Below are positions 31,585 through 37,681 of a stretch of 37,681 nt of DNA, one piece after another. A model generated the notes under the pieces. The model was given only the letters and a program-made list of their open reading frames with translations, was not told the DNA's origin and searched no databases. Source of the DNA: Basidiobolus meristosporus CBS 931.73 (lineage: Eukaryota > Fungi > Basidiobolomycota); contig MCFE01000770.1 in assembly GCA_002104905.1 (NCBI GenBank), forward strand, positions 1 to 37,681, in the 5' to 3' direction. Within the stretch, counting starts at the first letter, position 1; every line of letters begins with the position of its first letter. The translations under genes were made by a program, and so were the position numbers.

Positions 31585-31990
31585 TGTTGACATATTGGAC
31601 TATTTGGTATTATTCAGCAGCTAAAAATTTACTTAACAATTCTAGGCTAGTCTTAGTCACTGTAGGACTCATTTTCTGCCTTAACTTCGCCACTTTCTCC
31701 AGATATATGATCTTATGATTATTCCCCTATAGTCAGGATCAAATTAGCACTATTACCCAAACATTATGTACTAACCCTGAAACTGTTGCAGAATGCTCCT
31801 GAATATTGAGAAACCCTCCCTACTTAGTGCTGCAGCTGTATTACTTCTACAAAGGTATAAATACTGAGCTTCTTTATGAATAAACAACAGTTCAACTATT
31901 ATCACTATTTCTTGATAAGTTCCTTATATCCAAATCACTTCTTAAATTGCAACAGGTTATGAGCCCCGATTGCCTTAATCTATTCTAAAG

Positions 31991-33676
31991 ATGACTTCTA
32001 CCAGCAAACAAAGCAATACCAACATCTTCCCTGTAAAGGAGAGGTTTGATGGGAAGAACTACAGACTTTGGAGAATCAAGATGCCAATCCACCTTGAGGA
32101 AAGAAAGCTTTGGAACATAGTAACTGGAAAGGAAGTTGAGCCCAGAGGAACAGCAGAAGATGTGGAGAAGTTTCAAGAGAAGGAGAGAAAGGCCTTCAAT
32201 GCAATATGCATCAATGTGCAAGACTCCTTCATTGGACAAATCCATGCCTCAAGTACTGCCAAAGCAGCATGGGAATCCTTAGAGAAGATCTTTAGAGCAA
32301 AGTCAGTATCAAGCAAGCTTTATTTGAAACAAAAGTTCTTCAACATGAGAAAAAAGCCAGATGATGACATGCTACAACTCATTACCAGAATGGAGACACT
32401 TGCAGAAGAACTTTACAGTATTAATGCTGGTGTAGATGATGAAGAAAAGAGACTCTGTCTGCTTTGCAGCCTACCAGACAAGTATGAGCCACTCATACTT
32501 TCTTTTGAAAGCAGAGAAGACAACTTGACTTTAGACTATGTCAAAGGAAGACTTCTCCATGAAGAACTCAGACGTAATGATCAAGCAGAGAAAATTGAAG
32601 ATAATGTTTTATTCAGTTCAGAAAGGCATACAGAAAAGAAGGGAAAGCAACAAAACCGAAGAAAACCTGGCTGCTGTAACTACTGTAAGAAGCCAGGACA
32701 CTGGGCAAGAGAATGCAAGAAGAAACAAGCAGACGAAAAACAGAAACTAGAGCAGGCAAACCATATAACTACTGATGAACAGTTATTTGTCACTGTACAA
32801 GAGAGTGCAAGTAACCAAAGTAATGAATGGTATATTGACTCTGGAGCATCACAGCATATTTGTGGTATAAAGGATTGGTTCAGCAACTTAAAGACTATTC
32901 CCGTAAGAAAGGTTTATCTGGGAGATAACTCTGCATTGGAAGCTACCGCTAGTGGGTCTATACAACTAAATATGAGTGATAACTCAGGGGCAACAACAGC
33001 AAAACTGACTGACGTACTCTATGTACCTGGAATAGCTAAGAACCTACTCTCAGTCAGTAAAGCAACTACTCAGGGACTGAAATTCGTTTTTACTAAGCTG
33101 AGCTGCTCAATATTGAGTGAAAATGGACAAAAATTAGCTTTGGGAATCAGAGATCACAATATATACAAGTTACAATGCAAGATCATTGTACATGAGTATG
33201 TCAACATTGCTGAAACTGATGAAACCAACTGGGAGACGTGGCATAGGAGGCTAGGACACATAGGGGAACAGAAAATGAGCCAATTGGTGAAAAATCAGCT
33301 TGTTTTGGGCCTAAAATACTCAATTCCAATCAAATTGAATGTTTGTAAGGGATGTTCATATGGCAAACAAGCTAGGCAACGTTTCAAGAGCTCAGAAGGC
33401 ATCAATACCACCGAAAAATTGGCTATTGTACACTCAGACATATGTGGCCCCATGAGAACACTGTCCTTTGGAGCCAAGAGATACTTTATGACGTTTATTG
33501 ATGACAAGACAAGATATACATGGGTGTACTTCCTCAAAACAAAGGATGAAGCTTTAGAGATGTTTAAGCACTTCAAGAACATGGCAGAAACACAAACTGG
33601 GTGTAAATTGAAGGTACTACAAAGTGACAATGGAGGAGAATACTGCTCAAAGGAGTTTGCAAAATACTGCTTGTGA
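31991..33676 (+). CDS. gag: Copia B1 Gag-protease-integrase, 561-aa open segment
   Basis: FDGKNYRLW, CNYCKKPGHWAREC knuckle, WYIDSGASQH, WHRRLGHIG, HSDICGP, SDNGGEY. Ends at a premature TGA. Confidence 0.9.
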   Translation: MTSTSKQSNTNIFPVKERFDGKNYRLWRIKMPIHLEERKLWNIVTGKEVEPRGTAEDVEKFQEKERKAFNAICINVQDSFIGQIHASSTAKAAWESLEKIFRAKSVSSKLYLKQKFFNMRKKPDDDMLQLITRMETLAEELYSINAGVDDEEKRLCLLCSLPDKYEPLILSFESREDNLTLDYVKGRLLHEELRRNDQAEKIEDNVLFSSERHTEKKGKQQNRRKPGCCNYCKKPGHWARECKKKQADEKQKLEQANHITTDEQLFVTVQESASNQSNEWYIDSGASQHICGIKDWFSNLKTIPVRKVYLGDNSALEATASGSIQLNMSDNSGATTAKLTDVLYVPGIAKNLLSVSKATTQGLKFVFTKLSCSILSENGQKLALGIRDHNIYKLQCKIIVHEYVNIAETDETNWETWHRRLGHIGEQKMSQLVKNQLVLGLKYSIPIKLNVCKGCSYGKQARQRFKSSEGINTTEKLAIVHSDICGPMRTLSFGAKRYFMTFIDDKTRYTWVYFLKTKDEALEMFKHFKNMAETQTGCKLKVLQSDNGGEYCSKEFAKYCL

Positions 33677-35188
33677 ACTGGTATACTTCAACAGACCACA
33701 GTTCCTCATACTCCACAGCAAAATGGAGTAGCAGAACGTGCAAATAGAACAATAGTAGAGATGGGAAGATCTATGCTACATGATAAGGGAATGGACTACA
33801 AGTTTTGGGCTGAATCTGTTGCTACCGCTGTATACATCAAGAACAGATGCCTGACAACAGCACTACGTGATTCTACACCCTTTGAAGCATATACAGGCAA
33901 AAAACCAGATCTCCAGCACCTCAGGATCTTTGGCAGTGATGTTTTTTATCACATCCCTGACAAAAAACGCTCAAAGCTGGAACCAAAGAGTAGAAAAGGG
34001 ATCTTTCTTGGGTATTGTGAAGATACTAAAGGGTATAGAGTGTATGATGGCGAAATTCAGAAGCTGATCAAGAGCAGGGACATTGTAATTTGAGGAGAAT
34101 TCAGATTAGAAAGCCACAGAAATCATTGGCCAGCTGCCTGATGATGCAATCAACACAAATGAAGAAGATACGTACCAAATCCAGCCAGAGATGGAAGATA
34201 CTTTTACCAGTTCCAGATCAGAACAGATTATCCCAGTTAGGAGATCTACCAGAATAAGAAATGCCCCTGGATCCTGGTGGCAGACATCCAATGATCATGA
34301 AGAAGCTTATCTTGCCTTATGTGCCAAACCTCAGAATCTGGAACAGGCAATGCAAGGTCCAGATGCTACTAAGTGGCAACAAGCCATGCAGGAGGAGTAC
34401 CAATCACTGATCAAGGCAAAAACGTGGGAACTGGTAGATTTACCAATTGGGAGAAAGCCAATAGGATGTAGATGGGTCTACAAGATCAAGATAACCTCAA
34501 ATGGTGCCGTTGATAAGTACAAGGCTAGATTGGTAGCTAAAGGATATTCCCAGATCCAGGGACTAGACTTTAAGGAAACTTTTGCTCCGGTTGCCAAGTT
34601 TAACTCTATTAGGACAGTTCTAGCCCTGGCAGCTGTACACAGTCTAGATCTACACCAAATGGACGTCAAAACAGCCTTTCTAAATGGGGATTTGCAAGAA
34701 ACTATATATATGGAGCAACCAGAAGGTTTTACCAATCCAAAAAGCCCCATAAGGTGTGCAAACTTAGAAAATCGTTGTATGGGCTTAAGCAGGCACCCAG
34801 AACATGGTATAACAAGATTGACACATATCTAGAGGAAATTGGGTTCTCTCGTAGCACTGCAGATCACAGTATATATGTGAAACAGCTCAAAAAGGGTGTG
34901 ATCATCCTAGTTCTTTATGTGGACAACCTAATTATCGCTACATGTGATCAAGAGGCACTTAAACAGACAAAATCAGATCTCTTCAGCAAGTTTGAGATGA
35001 AAGATCTTGGAAAATTGAGCTATTTTCTTGGAATTGAGGTCAAATTTGACATACCTACGCAGAAAATTGTGCTGAATCAGTCTAAGTACATCAGGGACAT
35101 TCTTAGATGCTTCAAAATGGAAAATTGCAAGCCTGCAGCAACCCCAATGGACAATAACCTGAAATTAAGCAAATCTCAGCCAGTTATG
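33677..35188 (+). pseudogene. pol: Copia B1 integrase C-terminus and RT
   Basis: PQQNGVAERAN, KGIFLGY, YKARLVAKGYSQ, HQMDVKTAFLNG, LYGLKQAPR, LYVDNLII. Frameshifts near 34090 and 34745. Confidence 0.92.
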
Positions 35189-35556
35189 TGTTACAAGTCT
35201 TGGTATAAGAGTTGTAGAGGAATAGGGAGTTTAGCTAGTATTGTATTCACTAAAACTTGAACTGATTTTTATTGAGGTTCCAGCAGCTCCTTATATACAT
35301 TTTGCCAGATCAATTGCTGACTAATTGTATTTCCTAATGTAGGTTGTGGCTGATGACTCATTTGATTGCATCATCATCACCCAATAAGATCCTACTTAAT
35401 ATATCTAGTTCTGTCTGATAAGGATCTGCTGATTCATTTGCTGACTAATGCTGCTGATTTCATAGATAATACTGATGTACTGATAACCTAAACATATACT
35501 AACTGATTTGACTAAAAACTGATCTAACTTAAACATTCAAGCGGCAGATCATAACA
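35189..35556 (-). repeat. Ty3 C 3' LTR
   Basis: 368 bp, TGTTATGATC...TTGTAACA on the minus strand, with TATATAA and AATAAA. PPT TAGTAGGGGAGAA at 35557-35569. Confidence 0.93.
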
Positions 35557-35566
35557 TTCTCCCCTA

Positions 35567-36496
35567 CTAAAGTTGAGAGGGTTCTCCTGAATCTCTTTTC
35601 TTGTGATACCAATATCTTGATGGTTCAGTATTATCAGCAAGTCTTGCAAGCTTGAGTCTGTCCCTATGCACTAAGTCTTCCCGGATATTACCTTGCTTGT
35701 CCACCAGTTGGTAAGTTGCAAATGGACATTCTCTGATGATCTTGAATGGTCCTGTCCATTGTGGCTCAAACTTCTTCCGAGTGTTGTTTCTTAGCAATAC
35801 AAAGTTCCCAACTGTCAATGCTTCTGGTGCTATAGTCTTATCAAATCTCTGCTTCATCTTTTCTGCACTTTGAGATACTTTGGTCTGTGCCTCTTGACGT
35901 CTTTGTTCCAGTTGCTGGTGTCTACTTGGCTGACTGAGTTCATCTTCTAAGGTGTCTGTAAGCTTTGGTTGTGTGAGATCTCCTGGAATCCTTGGTTCAC
36001 ATCCATAAACTAAGTAAAATGGTGATTGCTGGGTGGTGTTGTGTACTCTGACTCTGCATGCAAAGAGTGCTTGGTCTATATACTCATCCCATCGACTGAC
36101 AACTCCATTTGCATACTTGGTCAGCATTTTTCCAAATAATCCATTAAACCGCTCAGTGATTCCATTAGTTCTGGGGTGATATGCCAAGGTTTTCAAGTGT
36201 CTGATCTGCTGCATTTCCAGGTAAGCCTCTAATGTCTTTGCCATAAAGTTTGCACCTCTATCGGATAAGATCTCCACAGGGCATCCAAACTTCATCAGGA
36301 TCTCATGGTAAATGAAACTTGCAACTTCTTGTTCACTGGCTATTGGTACAGCTTTAGCAACTGGCCATTTAGTGGCATGGTCAATTGCTACTAGAATCCA
36401 ACGGTTACATTTCCTGGTAGTTGGCAGTCTTCCAATAAAGTCAATTCCCCATCTCTCAAATGGTCTTGACAGGCTCCAAAGGGAAGAGTTTGGCAA
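35567..36496 (-). CDS. pol: Ty3 C integrase core and C-terminus
   Basis: WGIDF, SDRG, YHPRTNGITERFN, GPF motif. Separated from the RT ORF by two apparent 1-bp frameshifts. No chromodomain seen. Confidence 0.9.
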   Translation of the reverse strand: MPNSSLWSLSRPFERWGIDFIGRLPTTRKCNRWILVAIDHATKWPVAKAVPIASEQEVASFIYHEILMKFGCPVEILSDRGANFMAKTLEAYLEMQQIRHLKTLAYHPRTNGITERFNGLFGKMLTKYANGVVSRWDEYIDQALFACRVRVHNTTQQSPFYLVYGCEPRIPGDLTQPKLTDTLEDELSQPSRHQQLEQRRQEAQTKVSQSAEKMKQRFDKTIAPEALTVGNFVLLRNNTRKKFEPQWTGPFKIIRECPFATYQLVDKQGNIREDLVHRDRLKLARLADNTEPSRYWYHKKRDSGEPSQL

Positions 36497-36552
36497 TTCT
36501 TTGTGGCTGGCCCTGATTGATTTGGCAGTTTGGGCATGTTTTCACTAGCTTC

Positions 36553-37674
36553 TCAATAGTCTTGTTTCATTCTGGGCCACCATGCTCTGGCTTTCACAAG
36601 GCTATAGGTTCCTTCAATCCCAAGATGTCCATATCCATTGTGTAGCTTATGTATCAAATCCAGGCAAGCAACATAAGGACAATAGGCAATAGGGCTTCCA
36701 TCAACAATTCGGTAGAGTGTTTCATCCTGTACAACAAATTTGCTGGCTTCATCACGGATTATCTTCTTGATATCTTCATCCACCTCATTAGGAATGGCTT
36801 GGTCCTCCAAGTACTTTGGTAATAGGCTAGGCCAATCTGATTCATGCACCAAGTTGAGTTGTGCAACTTGATCTAATCTTGATAAGGCATCAGCAACCGT
36901 GTTGTTTTTTCCAGGGCAGTAGACAATCTCCAGGTCAAATTGCTGAATGTATTCACTCCATCTTGTCATTCTTCTAGAGAGTACCTTCTGAGTAAATATA
37001 TACTTGAGGGAGGCATGGTCAGTCTTCACAGTGCATTTGACTCCTTCAATATAGCATCTCCATGTCTTCAAACAGTGTATTATAGCAAGCATCTCCTTCT
37101 CATGGACTGGATAGTTCTGTTCTGCTGAGTTCAGTTTCTTGGATTCAAAGGCAACAGGGTAGTCCTTTCCCTTGTGTTCTTGGCTCAGCACTCCACCAAT
37201 TGCATAATCTGAAGCATCTGTGCATAGAGTGAACTCTTTTCTGAAGTCTGGTATTCTTAAGCTTGGCAACTTAGCAAGTTCATTCTTTAGCGTCTGGAAG
37301 GCAGTCTCACAAGCTATGTCCCACTTGTAGGTATTGTCTTTCTTGAGGATATCAGTTAAAGGGGCTGCAATACTTGCAAATGACTTGACAAATCTCCGAT
37401 AATAGGAAACCATTCCAAGGAAGGATCTGAGTTCTGATATGCTATGGGGCTGCTTCAAATTCTTGATTACTTCCACCTTCTTGGGGTCTAAGGTTACTCC
37501 TGTGCTAGTCACTATGTGTCCCAGATATTCTACGTGTTCCTTGAAGAATTCACACTTGGCTAGCTTGCCATATAGCTTGTTCTCTCTTAGTTTCTTCAAC
37601 ACCTTTTCAATGTGTACCATGTGATCCTTTTCTGTCTTGCTGTATATCAATATGTCATCCAGGTAGATTATCAC
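36553..37674 (-). CDS. pol: Ty3 C reverse transcriptase / RNase H / integrase N-terminus
   Basis: YLDDILIYS, EYLGH, TDASDYAIGGVL, EKEMLAII, VADALSR, GHLG. Confidence 0.93.
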   Translation of the reverse strand: MIIYLDDILIYSKTEKDHMVHIEKVLKKLRENKLYGKLAKCEFFKEHVEYLGHIVTSTGVTLDPKKVEVIKNLKQPHSISELRSFLGMVSYYRRFVKSFASIAAPLTDILKKDNTYKWDIACETAFQTLKNELAKLPSLRIPDFRKEFTLCTDASDYAIGGVLSQEHKGKDYPVAFESKKLNSAEQNYPVHEKEMLAIIHCLKTWRCYIEGVKCTVKTDHASLKYIFTQKVLSRRMTRWSEYIQQFDLEIVYCPGKNNTVADALSRLDQVAQLNLVHESDWPSLLPKYLEDQAIPNEVDEDIKKIIRDEASKFVVQDETLYRIVDGSPIAYCPYVACLDLIHKLHNGYGHLGIEGTYSLVKARAWWPRMKQDY

Positions 37675-37681
37675 AAACTTG

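Larger units (their letters stand above)
31585..35188 (+). mobile_element. Ty1/copia B1, interrupted in RT by Ty3 C
   Basis: LTR 31585-31954, PBS 31955-31966, gag-PR-IN-RT order. Confidence 0.95.
35189..37681 (-). mobile_element. Ty3/gypsy family C element, 3' portion (continues beyond the window)
   Basis: RT, RH, IN, PPT and 3' LTR in Ty3 order. Confidence 0.95.

Noticed and set aside
1-37681. Prokaryotic systems (CRISPR, defence islands, operons, rRNA/tRNA genes)
   Set aside because: There are no repeat-spacer arrays, RNA genes or operon-like gene density. Nearly all sequence maps to eukaryotic transposons, and the IS5-like transposase fits eukaryotic PHIS elements.

Overview
Eukaryotic, repeat-only window with no recognisable host gene. 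It is a deeply nested pile of decayed transposons, probably from a repeat-inflated fungal genome (an early-diverging fungus such as Entomophthorales is a guess). Family labels are mine. Contents: (i) Ty1/copia family A, five partial copies plus solo/partial LTRs of ~350 bp; (ii) Ty1/copia family B, a truncated copy plus a nearly intact copy; (iii) Ty3/gypsy family D, ~8 kb with 1083-bp LTRs and a tRNA-Lys PBS, carrying a related 804-bp solo LTR (D2); (iv) Ty3/gypsy family C, the 3' half of an element at the window end, three more LTRs and an integrase relic; (v) a CACTA/En-Spm-type transposase relic; (vi) three copies of a two-gene PHIS-superfamily (PIF/Harbinger/ISL2EU/Pangu-like) DNA transposon with AGACTTG termini, 3-bp ANT target sites and a divergent second ORF of unknown function. 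Item (vi) is the best novelty candidate. Most of the window is strongly CpG-depleted with C>T/G>A-type nonsense mutations, while 1-1438 is CpG-rich and unidentified. All alignments and counts were done by eye.
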